A stretch of DNA of 59,529 nt, filler included, from Candidatus Desantisbacteria bacterium CG1_02_49_89 (GCA_001871075.1; 6 parts of 6 records of this genome joined end to end with filler, not necessarily neighbours in it); one strand, 5' to 3'. Positions 47,385-57,570 are shown, counted from the first letter of the whole stretch. The notes: generated by a model from the letters alone, not told the origin. Numbers and translations are program-made.

Positions 47385-48617
47385 ATGCCTAAACTCGATC
47401 CTGCCGGATGGTTCGCTAAAATCGGATTTATAACATGCCTCCTTATAACATGTATTATAGCTTCCTTCATTTTCGACAGGAAAGAATACTCGGTGACCGA
47501 TGTGTATGAAGTCGGGCCGGGTAAACCTTATTTTAATATACAGTCAGCGGTCAATGCTTTAATTGAGACACAATGGGGTATGCCCTTTGATACCGAGAAG
47601 AAGATCAAGATATATGCCAAACAGGGCGAGGGATATGACGCCTGTTATAATGAAGCAATAACCATATGGGGATTAAAGCCCACGCAAGACCACAGGCTTA
47701 TTATAGAGGGCGATGGAAACCTGGCAATGATCGCCTCTTCGCAGGATATAAAGTATATTAAAATGCTCCCTGTTAAAGTCTATCCCGGCGCGGCATTCAC
47801 AGTTAAAAGCCCGTTCGTTACCATAAGGAAACTGCGGATAGGGGGCAATGGGTACCCCGTGCATTGCATTGAGGATAAAGGCATATATGTCAGCGAGAAA
47901 GGATTTGTGATAGAGGACTGCACCTGGTATAAGACACATCACTCGCAGGTCTATCTTGCCAGGGGGGCTAACAGCGCGGTAATAAACAGGAACACTTTTT
48001 GCCTTTCAGGCACATCCGCCGTTGAAATCGAACCAGGTGTCAACAACTGCCTGATATGCAATAATACAATGGTCGGGATGCAGCACGGAATAATCTGCAG
48101 GGGGAAAAACCATCGCATATACAATAATACCATCGTAAAGAGCAGCAAATATGTGGCCGGTTCATGCATATATTTTCCCGAAACCACCTGCGGCAATATA
48201 GATATAAAAAATAATATATTTGTCGCGGATTATCCGAGTTCCTGTTTCAGTTCAAACGGGCTGCCCGCAGGCATAAGTTCCGACAATAACCTTTTCTTTT
48301 CCTTTTTAACATCATTTATATACGATGACTGCACCAAGGACCCAAAAGACCGCGTGAAATTGACCGGATGGAAGAAGATCTCGGGTCAGGACACAAATTC
48401 GCTTTACGGCGATCCGATATTCTTTTTTTTCAACGGTTATAAGTGGATACCCCCGTACGGCGACTCTCCGCCATTTTATATTAATACTGACCTGCGCCTG
48501 CGCGAAGGTTCGGCGGCAATAGGCAGGGGAAAAGTGCTATCCGGCATATTTGATACGGATATTCTCGGTAAAAAAAGGAAAAACCTTTGGGACATAGGGG
48601 CTTATGCGCGGCAATAA
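47385..48617 (+). CDS. Membrane-anchored right-handed parallel beta-helix protein
   Basis: VGPGKPYFNIQSAV, repeated NNT/IKNNIF units, LREGSAAIGRG...WDIGAY C-terminal motif. Confidence 0.8.
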   Translation: MPKLDPAGWFAKIGFITCLLITCIIASFIFDRKEYSVTDVYEVGPGKPYFNIQSAVNALIETQWGMPFDTEKKIKIYAKQGEGYDACYNEAITIWGLKPTQDHRLIIEGDGNLAMIASSQDIKYIKMLPVKVYPGAAFTVKSPFVTIRKLRIGGNGYPVHCIEDKGIYVSEKGFVIEDCTWYKTHHSQVYLARGANSAVINRNTFCLSGTSAVEIEPGVNNCLICNNTMVGMQHGIICRGKNHRIYNNTIVKSSKYVAGSCIYFPETTCGNIDIKNNIFVADYPSSCFSSNGLPAGISSDNNLFFSFLTSFIYDDCTKDPKDRVKLTGWKKISGQDTNSLYGDPIFFFFNGYKWIPPYGDSPPFYINTDLRLREGSAAIGRGKVLSGIFDTDILGKKRKNLWDIGAYARQ

Positions 48618-48745
48618 CGATAATAAAAGTTTTTAGCAGGGACCTGGCAGGAACCTAAACTACCCATACTTTTTAGCTTTTTAAGTTCTCTTAAGCCTGC
48701 CCGCCAATCTTGGTGGAGGGTTCCCTGTAAAAAAGGCATTGAATC

Positions 48746-49389
48746 ATGAAAATTACCCTGATTGTTTTTGCTGTATTGGGGTGGTGCGCGGCTGCGCTTG
48801 GGCAGGACGCCGGAACCATCATCGCCGGAGCCAGGCAGAAATACGAAAAGGTGAGCAGTTATTGCTGTTTGATGGAAATACGCGAGGTCCGGGGCCCAAA
48901 AACTGAAGACAGGCTGATGAAGTATTATTTCAAAAAGCCCTGTACCATCAGGATAGAGTCCTTGAGGGAAAAGACGCCGGAGGCGTGGCGCTTTACAGGG
49001 ACCGTTTCGTATGGGGGAGGCAGAGCGGCATACTAAGCGCTTTCAGGATGAAGTTCAAATACACCGACAGGATGGTCGCTTCCGCCAGGGGCGCGACTAT
49101 GGACCAGTCAGGCTGGGGTTATATGCTTGGCCAGATCGAAGGCTTGTCTAAGAAAGGAAGCGGGTTATCCGTATCGGAAGTTACCGGAAAATATTCCTGC
49201 TGGGTACTCAGCGATCTGCGGCAGGAAACAGGTTCTTCAGGCGAGAAATTCTACATAGACAAGGAAACCGGCGTGGTATCAAGGCACGAAACCTTTGAGG
49301 ACGGGATCCTTGTAAGCAGGGGCATATACAGGGAGTTTATTATAAACGGCAGTTTTGACCCAGCGCTTTTTGACGAAAAAAGATTTTAA
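48746..49389 (+). pseudogene. LolA-fold (DUF1571-like) protein split by a frameshift near 48962
   Basis: Joining the two ORFs gives ...FKKPCTIRIES/EGKDAGGVALYRD...YIDKETG...FDPALF. Confidence 0.7.
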
Positions 49390-49444
49390 ACAGCAAAATG
49401 ATTATTTACAGGGATCTTCGAGCGGGATTTAAACTACTTCTTTT

Positions 49445-49494
49445 GGAGTAGACCCTTTAGGGTCGTATAATAACGGGCCTAAATGCCCTACTCC
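49445..49494. repeat. GTAG-type REP doublet
   Basis: GGAGTAGACCCTTTAGGGTCGT...ACGGGCCTAAATGCCCTACTCC, homologous to 11150-11201. Confidence 0.75.
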
Positions 49495-49526
49495 TTGTAG
49501 CATATTTTATAGAAAGGGAGAAAAAG

Positions 49527-50168
49527 ATGAAAAAAATAATTGCAGTTGTGGTTTTGGGCCTGCTTGCGGCGGGAAGCGCGCACGCCCTGGATATAAACGG
49601 GTTCCTGAAAACGGACTGGCGGGTCAAGGCTGACAGCACTGCCGCGCTCACCTGGAACGAAAACGTGGTTAACCTGAAACTGAAATCCGCGGTCGCTTCA
49701 GGAGCAAGCGGGTTCGCGGAACTGGAACTGAAAAACACCGGGTTCCCAACAGCAGGTAACCTGAACGATCTGAGCCTTTACGATAAATCTAAGGCAGCGC
49801 CCTGGACGCTTGAGCTTAAGGAAGGATACGTGGATATCTCGAACCTTTTTGTCGAAGGCTTTGACCTGCGCGCGGGAAAACAGCGCATCACCTGGGGCAC
49901 AGCGGACAGGTTCAACCCCACGGATAACCTGAATCCGCTTGACCTTTCTGACCTGACTGATTTCGGAAGGCGGGTCGCGAACACTTCGCTGAAAGCCACG
50001 TATTACATAGGTAATTTCTACGCGCAGGGTGTTTTCATCCCGGTGTTCACGCCTGGTGTCCTGCCCGCAAATTGGATGTCAATGTACCCGATGCCCTTGA
50101 TGGCGGGTGTCACAATCAGAAATATGGATTTAACAGTTACGATGCCTGAAGACAGACTCGAAAGCTCA
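49527..50168 (+). CDS. Outer-membrane beta-barrel (DUF1302-like), 3' truncated
   Basis: Signal peptide, LKEGYVD, DLRAGKQRITWGTAD.FNPTDNLNP. Confidence 0.75.
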
Positions 50169-50268
50169 NNNNNNNNNNNNNNNNNNNNNNNNNNNNNNNN
50201 NNNNNNNNNNNNTTAATTAATTAANNNNNNNNNNNNNNNNNNNNNNNNNNNNNNNNNNNNNNNNNNNN
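50169..50268. other. Artificial contig spacer
   Basis: N run containing TTAATTAATTAA. Confidence 0.99.
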
Positions 50269-50376
50269 ACCAAAGGGAGCGTGGCAATCTCGATTTTTAG
50301 GTCAAGATTGCTTCGTCGTTAACACTCCTCGCAATGACAGCCCAAATGTAAAGATCTGTTAGAGACAATGCACTAG
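50269..50376 (+). mobile_element. MITE family A, right part; terminus variant matching the IS630 end
   Basis: Ends GAGACAATGCACTAG; the reverse complement begins CTAGTGCATTGT, identical to 28474-28485. Confidence 0.85.
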
Positions 50377-50390
50377 GATCAGGACTTTGT

Positions 50391-51593
50391 TCACTCGTGT
50401 CTCAATGCCTCTATTGGGTCTAATTTCGCTGCTTTGCTTGCCGGATACACTCCGAAAAATATTCCGATGAACAGGGCAAATCCGAAAGCCAGGAGCACTG
50501 ACCACGGCGTGACCGCGGTCGCCACCCATCTGCGAAGCGCGAGCGACCCGCTCCAGCCGATAAGTATCCCTATGATGCCCCCCGTGGCGCTTATGAGGAT
50601 GGATTCTATGAGGAACTGGGTGAGGATATCACTTTCTTTCGCCCCTATCGCCTTCCTTATGCCTATCTCGCGCGTCCTTTCAGCCACAGTCACAAGCATT
50701 ATGTTCATTATCCCGATCCCGCCCACAAGCAGGGATATACCGGCTATGCCGCCAAGCGCGACTGTCAGTATCCCGGTGATCTTCTTCAGAGTTTCAAGCA
50801 CGTCCTTCTGGTCCGTTATGTCAAAATCGTTTTCCGTAAGCCTGCGCAGCAGGATCCTGCGGACTATCCTTTTCGATTCTTCTATCCTGTCCTCGCTGGG
50901 CGCCTTGCATACTATGAAATTGACCTTTGTGGTGCCCAGCAATGCCTGCGCGGCAGTGATAGGTATCACGATCTGGTCATCCTGGTTCTGGCCCATGGTC
51001 GCGCCCTTGCTTTCCAGTATGCCTATGATCTTGAATTTTCCGCCGCTTATGGCAATGTCCTTTCCTATGGGATCCTTGTTGGCAAAGAGCTCTTCCACTA
51101 TTGTCTTGCCTATCACGCAGACCCTTCTGCGGTTGCTGACCATATTTTCGTTGAAGAACTTGCCGTCCGTCACTTTCTGGCTCAGGGCTTCGGCGTATTT
51201 CTCCGTGGTCCCGAATATCGCTGTCATGTATGTTGTATTGCTATATTTCACCACCGCGGACGTGCGCAGGACCGGCACGACCTCAATGCCTATGCCGTTC
51301 TTCGTCTGAATAGCAATTACATCATTATAAGTCATCTTGTTTGACATCATGCCCGGCGGGGTGTGGCTTTTGCCTCCGCCCATGTTCGGCGAAATAAAGA
51401 AAAGGTTCGCGCCAAGGCCCTTTATCTCGTCCGAAACCTGCTCCTTGACCCCCTGGCCTATGGAGACCAGCATTATTATCGACATGACGCCTATGAGCAC
51501 GCCCAGCACGGTGAGCGCAGTCCGGACCTTATTAGCTCTCAGCGCCTCAAACGCGTTGCCCATCCCTAAAAATAGTTTCGCAAAAAAATCCAA
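50391..51593 (-). CDS. MacB/FtsX-family ABC transporter permease
   Basis: ANKVRTALTVLGVLIGV, GGIGIMNIMLVTVAERTREIGIRKAIGA, DPIEALRHE. Confidence 0.93.
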   Translation of the reverse strand: MDFFAKLFLGMGNAFEALRANKVRTALTVLGVLIGVMSIIMLVSIGQGVKEQVSDEIKGLGANLFFISPNMGGGKSHTPPGMMSNKMTYNDVIAIQTKNGIGIEVVPVLRTSAVVKYSNTTYMTAIFGTTEKYAEALSQKVTDGKFFNENMVSNRRRVCVIGKTIVEELFANKDPIGKDIAISGGKFKIIGILESKGATMGQNQDDQIVIPITAAQALLGTTKVNFIVCKAPSEDRIEESKRIVRRILLRRLTENDFDITDQKDVLETLKKITGILTVALGGIAGISLLVGGIGIMNIMLVTVAERTREIGIRKAIGAKESDILTQFLIESILISATGGIIGILIGWSGSLALRRWVATAVTPWSVLLAFGFALFIGIFFGVYPASKAAKLDPIEALRHE

Positions 51594-51672
51594 GTAAGCT
51601 CCTGAGATTAAATTTTATTGATTAATTAGAACCTAATTAGTTTAAATCTAATTAGCAAGCTATCCTATAGAA

Positions 51673-52953
51673 TTAGATGGCAGGCGTAGGAACATCCTTC
51701 CATGCTGTGGATTTCTCAACTTCCTTCATGCTTACGATCTCGCCTGTTTCTACGTTTATATCAATAAACCCGACTGGTTCCCTTGTGGTATTAAAAGAAA
51801 GCAGCCCTTTTCCTGAAATATGCTTTCCACGATTGTTGTCTACCTGCACAAATATAACCCGTCTATACGAACAAACTTTGCAATCCAAATTTTCTTTGTT
51901 AATCCCTATAGGACAATGGTGTCTTCTTGCAAAAACAGGGTCAACATTATGCATTTTGGCCATATGCAGAGCCGGGGATGCTCTTAAATGGCCAAAAGGA
52001 TGTAACACCCATTCAGTAATCATGGATAACGTATGGCTTTGTTTGAAAAGATGGAAATCAGAGCCTGTATTGGCGATCATGCCCTGCATTACATAGTCAG
52101 CCGGCATCAAATAACACAGGTAGTCTTTTTTGCTGTTAAGGAAACCTATCCCTTCCTTGTCCTCACTGATAGAGATATCGTTAAGTACTTTCACGGCATG
52201 GCTGTTGTCTTCAGGAAGGATGGATATAAGAGTGACATTGTTTCTGTTCTCAAAAGGAATCTGATGCAAGGTCACTGTCCTGAGGATAAAACCGGTTCCG
52301 AGGGTCAAAAATATAAAGACCAGCGGAATTAAAAAATACTTTATATCCGTTGCGGGCATTGTCTTTCCAAGAAATTTTTCGATAGAACCCGGGAAAAACA
52401 TACCCGTTTTATTCATATATTCAGCATACGTTTCTCCGTATTGGCCCAACATCCTTCTTTCCTCGTTCTTTGCAAGAAAATAATAAAGTATAAACATCAG
52501 GGATAATGACGCAAGAACAAAGAACCTTGGCCACAATATGGCCATACCTATTCCCCATATCCCTAAAGCCACATATTGTGGATGGCGGATATATGTGTAT
52601 AATCCTCTGACAACTGCCCCGCGCTTGAATATCTTGTTAAAATATACCTGGAAAGCGCAGAAAAAGAAAGTAACGGCGCCTATTATAAAAAACACAGAGC
52701 CTAATATACGGATAGTCCTTAAGAATAGGGTTGGGGGTAAAATCATATGGGGCAGGAAGAACGTTGTAAGCCATCCTGTTATCGCGTATTGATTCAACCA
52801 TTTGAATACCGGGTTAAAAACAGAATAAAAGAAAAATGCAAAAGGACTTATCATTATCATAACCTCTAATGCTATGATGACAAAAAATGCTATGCCTCCA
52901 TATGCTGAAACGCTCTTCAACCATTCAGTTACTTTTGTTTTATTCGTGCTCAT
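51673..52953 (-). CDS. Isoprenylcysteine carboxylmethyltransferase/PEMT-family membrane protein with long C-terminal domain
   Basis: GLYTYIRHPQY, AKNEERRM, YAEYMNKTGMFFP. Start ATG 52953 after AGGAGG. Confidence 0.8.
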   Translation of the reverse strand: MSTNKTKVTEWLKSVSAYGGIAFFVIIALEVMIMISPFAFFFYSVFNPVFKWLNQYAITGWLTTFFLPHMILPPTLFLRTIRILGSVFFIIGAVTFFFCAFQVYFNKIFKRGAVVRGLYTYIRHPQYVALGIWGIGMAILWPRFFVLASLSLMFILYYFLAKNEERRMLGQYGETYAEYMNKTGMFFPGSIEKFLGKTMPATDIKYFLIPLVFIFLTLGTGFILRTVTLHQIPFENRNNVTLISILPEDNSHAVKVLNDISISEDKEGIGFLNSKKDYLCYLMPADYVMQGMIANTGSDFHLFKQSHTLSMITEWVLHPFGHLRASPALHMAKMHNVDPVFARRHHCPIGINKENLDCKVCSYRRVIFVQVDNNRGKHISGKGLLSFNTTREPVGFIDINVETGEIVSMKEVEKSTAWKDVPTPAI

Positions 52954-53015
52954 AAGCTCCTCCTTAAAACTTTTTTTATCAGATGCCAAACGTACTTTGA
53001 TCTTTACAAAGCTCC

Positions 53016-53396
53016 TTAATTACTTTTCCCCGGCATGGTTGTGTTCTTTTTTTTCTTTTCCTGCTCTGCTATTATTTTAATGTATTTCTCCGGGTTCTTT
53101 TTGAATTGTTCAACACAATGAGAACAGCAGAAATTATATATTTTGCCCTTGTACGTATATTTAGTTCCTTTTCCTTTCTCTAATTTCATCCCCATAACCG
53201 GGCAATAATCATTCCCAACCTTAACCAATTTCTGAGTTTTTTCCTTTAATGACATACTATCGGTTTTTGTCCCGGTATTAGTTTCATTATATGAATTTTT
53301 CTTCTGCATACTCCAGCAGTGTGCTCTGCCAATAGTTAGCAGTGCCCCAAACATGAATATCAAAACTAACAAAATAAATAAAATTTTCTTGCGCAT
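53016..53396 (-). CDS. Secreted YHS/TRASH-domain protein
   Basis: CPVMGM...[24 protein letters not shown]. Confidence 0.88.
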   Translation of the reverse strand: MRKKILFILLVLIFMFGALLTIGRAHCWSMQKKNSYNETNTGTKTDSMSLKEKTQKLVKVGNDYCPVMGMKLEKGKGTKYTYKGKIYNFCCSHCVEQFKKNPEKYIKIIAEQEKKKKNTTMPGKSN

Positions 53397-53423
53397 TTTA
53401 ACCTCCAGGCAAAAGCGGGTTTG

Positions 53424-54638
53424 TCACTCGTAGCGCAACGCTTCGATCGGGTCCATGTCGGCCGCCCTGCGCGCCGGGTAATACCCGAAGAACACGCCGA
53501 TCGCTATCGCGAAGCCGAAAGACAGGAAGATCGAGCCGGGGGAAACAAATATCGCCCATTTTGCCAGCGTTGCTATAAGGATGGACACGATAACACCCAC
53601 GCATATGCCGATTATCCCGCCGAACAGGCTCAGCATCAATGCTTCTATTATGAACTGGAGCAGGACGTCGAACCTTTTCGCGCCCACAGCCATCCTTATG
53701 CCGATCTCCCTCGTGCGCTCTGTGACCGACACGAGCATTATGTTCATTATGCCTATGCCGCCCACAAGAAGCGAAACAGAAGCAACGCTTCCCAGGAGCA
53801 TTGTCATAGTGGTTGCCATTGATGTCGCCGCGGCCATTATGTCGGCCATGTTCATTATCTGGAAATCGTCGTCCTTACCAGCGCCTATGCGGTGGCGCTG
53901 CCTCAGCAGCTCTGTGACCTGCTGCTGGACCAGTGCGATAGCATCGCTGCTTACAGCGGATACCTGTATGTTGTTTAGGAAGGTAACTCCCGTAAGTCTT
54001 TTCATCACGGTGGTGTACGGCGCGAGTATGGTATCGTCCTGGTCCCCGCCGAAACCCGACCCCTTCTTCTCGAGCACGCCGACGATCTTGAACTGCATTT
54101 TATTGACGCGGACGTTTTTGCCGATGGGGTCGGCGCTTCCGAACAGGTTTTCGGCTACCGTTTTGCCGATAATGCATACTTTCGCGGCATCGCGGACCTC
54201 CTGCTCGTTGAACGGCACCCCGCTTTCGACTTTCCAGTCCCTTATCTCAAGGAAATCGATATTGGAGCCCTGGATCCTGGTGTTCCAGTTCTGGTTCCCG
54301 TAGATAACCTGGCTCTGGGTGCTTACCATGGGGGCAACATAAGCTGCGGAAGTTATCTCCTTTTTTATCGCAAGCGCGTCTACTTCTTTGAGCGAGGTCC
54401 TTGAGCCCCAGCCGCCGTGCACGCCGCGTTCATTGGCGCTGCCGGGAAAGATCTGTAGTATGTTATTGCCCAGGCTTGACATCCGGTCCATTATTGCCTT
54501 TTTCGCCCCGGTGCCGACGCTAAGCATGGCTATAACCGCGCCGACGCCTATGATTATGCCCAGCATTGTAAGGATGGAGCGCATTTTGTTCTGGACCAGG
54601 ACTTTGTATGACATTTCAATGGTGCTTATCAGATCCAT
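53424..54638 (-). CDS. MacB/FtsX-family ABC transporter permease
   Basis: NKMRSILTMLGIIIGV, GGIGIMNIMLVSVTERTREIG, DPIEALRYE. Confidence 0.94.
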   Translation of the reverse strand: MDLISTIEMSYKVLVQNKMRSILTMLGIIIGVGAVIAMLSVGTGAKKAIMDRMSSLGNNILQIFPGSANERGVHGGWGSRTSLKEVDALAIKKEITSAAYVAPMVSTQSQVIYGNQNWNTRIQGSNIDFLEIRDWKVESGVPFNEQEVRDAAKVCIIGKTVAENLFGSADPIGKNVRVNKMQFKIVGVLEKKGSGFGGDQDDTILAPYTTVMKRLTGVTFLNNIQVSAVSSDAIALVQQQVTELLRQRHRIGAGKDDDFQIMNMADIMAAATSMATTMTMLLGSVASVSLLVGGIGIMNIMLVSVTERTREIGIRMAVGAKRFDVLLQFIIEALMLSLFGGIIGICVGVIVSILIATLAKWAIFVSPGSIFLSFGFAIAIGVFFGYYPARRAADMDPIEALRYE

Positions 54639-54666
54639 TGCTTTTCCTCTGAGAATGATTACGGTG

Positions 54667-54698
54667 TCGCCCCTACGGCGACCCGCCGAAGTGGCGGG
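54667..54698 (+). repeat. 32-nt hairpin micro-element in a GATTACRGTG repeat
   Basis: TCGCCCCTACGGCGACCCGCCGAAGTGGCGGG; same element and same host repeat as inside the riboswitch. Confidence 0.87.
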
Positions 54699-54823
54699 AT
54701 TTTTAACCGCGATTACGGTGATTATTTAAAAGAGGAATCTTGGCTTTTACAAATGACTAATGACTGCTTTTTTTAGTTATAGCTGTTGACTACTCACTAC
54801 CCACTATTCACTAATCACTGTAT

Positions 54824-56143
54824 TTACCGCCTGACCCGCATTCCGGGCCCGCCCATGCCGAAAGGCGCCGCTGTTCCGGTGCCTGAGCCTTTGCCGTTAG
54901 CGTTGATCCCAATTACTGCCTGTGTGCCTTCCGCGATTTCCTGCGATTCCACTTCGGTTGACACCCCGTCTGTTATGCCGGTTTTTACCCTGACAGACCT
55001 TATCGTTTTTCCGTCAAAGACCCATAAGGTGCCGAAATTTCCCGCGGGTTTTTTCTGTTCCTGCCGGCTCGCTCCCCGCTGTCCTTCGGGACCCGCAAGT
55101 GCTCGCTGTTTTTCTCCGCCTGCCATCTTCGACGTTCTTTCCCTGCCTGCCGCCTTCGGTTTTTCCGTTACGGTATCTACGACGGGTTTTTCTCTGTTAT
55201 TGTTTTTTTGCGCGATCTGCTGCAGCACGTCCGCGGACGGCTTGAACCGCAGGGCTGTGTTGGCAACTTTAAAGATATCGTTCCTGCGGTCAGTTACTAT
55301 GCTGATGTTCGCGGTCATTCCCGGCTTTAAAAGCAATTCGTCGTTGCTCACGCCTATTACGACCGTGTAGGTCACGACCCTTTGCACTATTTCAGGCGCG
55401 ATGCGGACCTGGCTTACTCTTCCGCTGAAATTTTCCTCTGGGAAGGCGTCCACCGTGAAAACAGCTTCCTGCCCTTTCTTTATCCGGCCAATGTCCCCTT
55501 CGTCTATGTTCGCCTCTATCTGCATTTCGCTGAGGTCCTGGGCTATCGTGAAAAGGGTCGGCGCTGAAAAGGAAGCCGCTACTGTCTGGCCGGGATTCAT
55601 ATTCCTGTTCACCACTATGCCGCTGATCGGCGAGGTTATGGTGGTATTTTTAAGGTCTGTCATCGCCAGATCGTATGACGCCTGCGCCTGCTTCATCTGC
55701 GCGAGCGCGTTCTGGTATGTTGTTTCAGCCGCGTCCTTGTCGCTGCGGGCAATAAGGTTCTTGGCGAACAACTCAGTGTTCCTGTCAAGCGTGCGCTTGG
55801 AGTCGTCAACCGCTATCCTCGCCTTCGTAAGGTTCGCGTCCGCCTGGTCAAGCTTTGCCTTGAACGGCGCGGGGTCTATCTGGGCTATGAGCTGCCCTTT
55901 CTTGACCTCGGAATTGAAATCCACGAGAATGTCCTGTATTATTCCCGAGACCTGGCTTCCCACGTCAACGGATGTCACCGCGTTCACGGTGCCCGTAGCC
56001 GAGATCATGGAAGTAATGCTGCCGCGCTCCACTTTTACTGTTTTGTAGGACAGGCCCGCGGGTTTTCTTGTAAAAATAATCAGCGCAACAACAACCGCTG
56101 CCGCGGCCGCGAACCACCATATTTTTACCTTTATTTTTCTCAC
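54824..56143 (-). CDS. Periplasmic adaptor (MacA-like membrane fusion protein)
   Basis: VDVGSQVSG, VDFNSEVKKGQLIA, SPISGIV, LLKPGMTAN. Confidence 0.92.
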   Translation of the reverse strand: MRKIKVKIWWFAAAAAVVVALIIFTRKPAGLSYKTVKVERGSITSMISATGTVNAVTSVDVGSQVSGIIQDILVDFNSEVKKGQLIAQIDPAPFKAKLDQADANLTKARIAVDDSKRTLDRNTELFAKNLIARSDKDAAETTYQNALAQMKQAQASYDLAMTDLKNTTITSPISGIVVNRNMNPGQTVAASFSAPTLFTIAQDLSEMQIEANIDEGDIGRIKKGQEAVFTVDAFPEENFSGRVSQVRIAPEIVQRVVTYTVVIGVSNDELLLKPGMTANISIVTDRRNDIFKVANTALRFKPSADVLQQIAQKNNNREKPVVDTVTEKPKAAGRERTSKMAGGEKQRALAGPEGQRGASRQEQKKPAGNFGTLWVFDGKTIRSVRVKTGITDGVSTEVESQEIAEGTQAVIGINANGKGSGTGTAAPFGMGGPGMRVRR

Positions 56144-56222
56144 TTTTTATCTCCATTATATTTTATTTATTCCTTATTTTTCCTCTCCCTTGGACGGGAG
56201 AGGATTGAGGTGAGGGTTATTT

Positions 56223-57551
56223 CTACGGTATATAAAAGGCGTCCAGCAATCCTGCTGATTTCCTGAGGCTTGCCACGCTTTCCGCGTAATCGTAAAGCGA
56301 GTTGATATGGTTTGTTTTCGCGCCTGTCAGCGTTGTCTGCGCGTCAGCCAGCTCTATCATCGAGCCGATGCCCGACAGGTACCTGCCCTGCGCGAGTGAG
56401 AAATTCTCTTCCGCGTTCCTCAGGCCTTCAGCTGCCGCATCTATGCTTTCCTTTTTTTCCTGCATTGTCAGGTAAGCCTGCTCAACTTCCAGCCGCACGG
56501 AAAGCTCAAGGCTCTTTTTTCTTTCCAGCGCTATACTCAGGTTCTCGCGCGCGGTGTTAAGCCCTGAAATGTTTGAAAAACCCGTGAAAAGCGGGATGGA
56601 TATCCCAACTCCCGCGTTCCAGGACGAGCCTTCCGGGTGAAAATCATACTCCGCTTTTGCCTGGATGCCTGACCCGTCTTCCAGGAACATCCTTCTCACT
56701 GAGGATGACAGGTTGATCCTGGCTGATCTTATCGAAGATTCCATTTCAAGCACATCAGGCCTGGATCTGAACGCGCGCTCAAGGCAGTATTCCAGGCCTA
56801 TGTCAAAAGCAGTCGTGTCGACCGTGTTTTCAACCTCGAAATCAGCCTGTTTCATCCCTATCGCGTTACCGAGTTTGAGTTTCGCGATCTTGAGCTTGTT
56901 CACGGCGCTGATAAGCGAGAGCCTGTCATTCGCCTTCTGGACCTCCGCCTTCGTGACGTCGATCCTGGACTTAATACCTGCCTGGTAAAAATCCTTTGCC
57001 TGCGAAAGATGCTCTTCTGACTGCCGCAAAGATTCGGAATCCATTTCTGCCAGGCGTTTTGTTTTTAAGTATTCGTAATACTGCTGCGTAACGCTGAGTA
57101 TGATCTCCCGTATTTTATCCTGCAGAAACAGGTCGCCGGAGTTCCTGTCCTCAACATCCAGGCGTAACGAGTCGATCGTTTTACCGAAATCCCAGATGTT
57201 CTGGGTTAATGAAATTTTCGCCGAATAATCATCCGCCGCCGAAGCAGACAGGTTGTCCTGCCAGACGCTGTATGAAGCTGAGGCTTTTGCCTGCGGGAAA
57301 AGGGAAGAAATGGTCTTTGTCAGGCTGTTCCTTGAGATATTAAGGTTTGATCTCGCTATTTTAAGGTCAGGCTGGGATTCCAGCGCCATGCTGATGCATC
57401 TGCCAAGGCTGAAAACGCCGGTTTCCGCCTGCGCGTCCGCCGCAGGTGCTGCCGCGAATGCGAAGCACGGCACCAAGAATGCCGCTATAACCGCTAATGC
57501 AGCAAATATTTTCAATGCCCCCAATATTTTTAATGCAGTTAATGTTTTCAA
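56223..57551 (-). CDS. TolC-family outer-membrane efflux protein
   Basis: Signal peptide, [35 protein letters not shown]. Confidence 0.9.
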   Translation of the reverse strand: MKTLTALKILGALKIFAALAVIAAFLVPCFAFAAAPAADAQAETGVFSLGRCISMALESQPDLKIARSNLNISRNSLTKTISSLFPQAKASASYSVWQDNLSASAADDYSAKISLTQNIWDFGKTIDSLRLDVEDRNSGDLFLQDKIREIILSVTQQYYEYLKTKRLAEMDSESLRQSEEHLSQAKDFYQAGIKSRIDVTKAEVQKANDRLSLISAVNKLKIAKLKLGNAIGMKQADFEVENTVDTTAFDIGLEYCLERAFRSRPDVLEMESSIRSARINLSSSVRRMFLEDGSGIQAKAEYDFHPEGSSWNAGVGISIPLFTGFSNISGLNTARENLSIALERKKSLELSVRLEVEQAYLTMQEKKESIDAAAEGLRNAEENFSLAQGRYLSGIGSMIELADAQTTLTGAKTNHINSLYDYAESVASLRKSAGLLDAFYIP

Positions 57552-57570
57552 TGTCTTTGATATCCTTATT

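Noticed and set aside
9902-50268. Five N-flanked TTAATTAATTAA palindromes as biological repeats, and any operon spanning them
   Set aside because: Identical 100-nt artificial contig spacers. Adjacency across them, and ORFs running into X residues, carry no meaning.
10374-56048. Long antisense ORFs (for example 10374-11147, 29886-30716, 43926-44549, 50434-51309, 53581-54303, 55401-56048)
   Set aside because: Shadow frames opposite well-supported genes, with no recognisable motifs.
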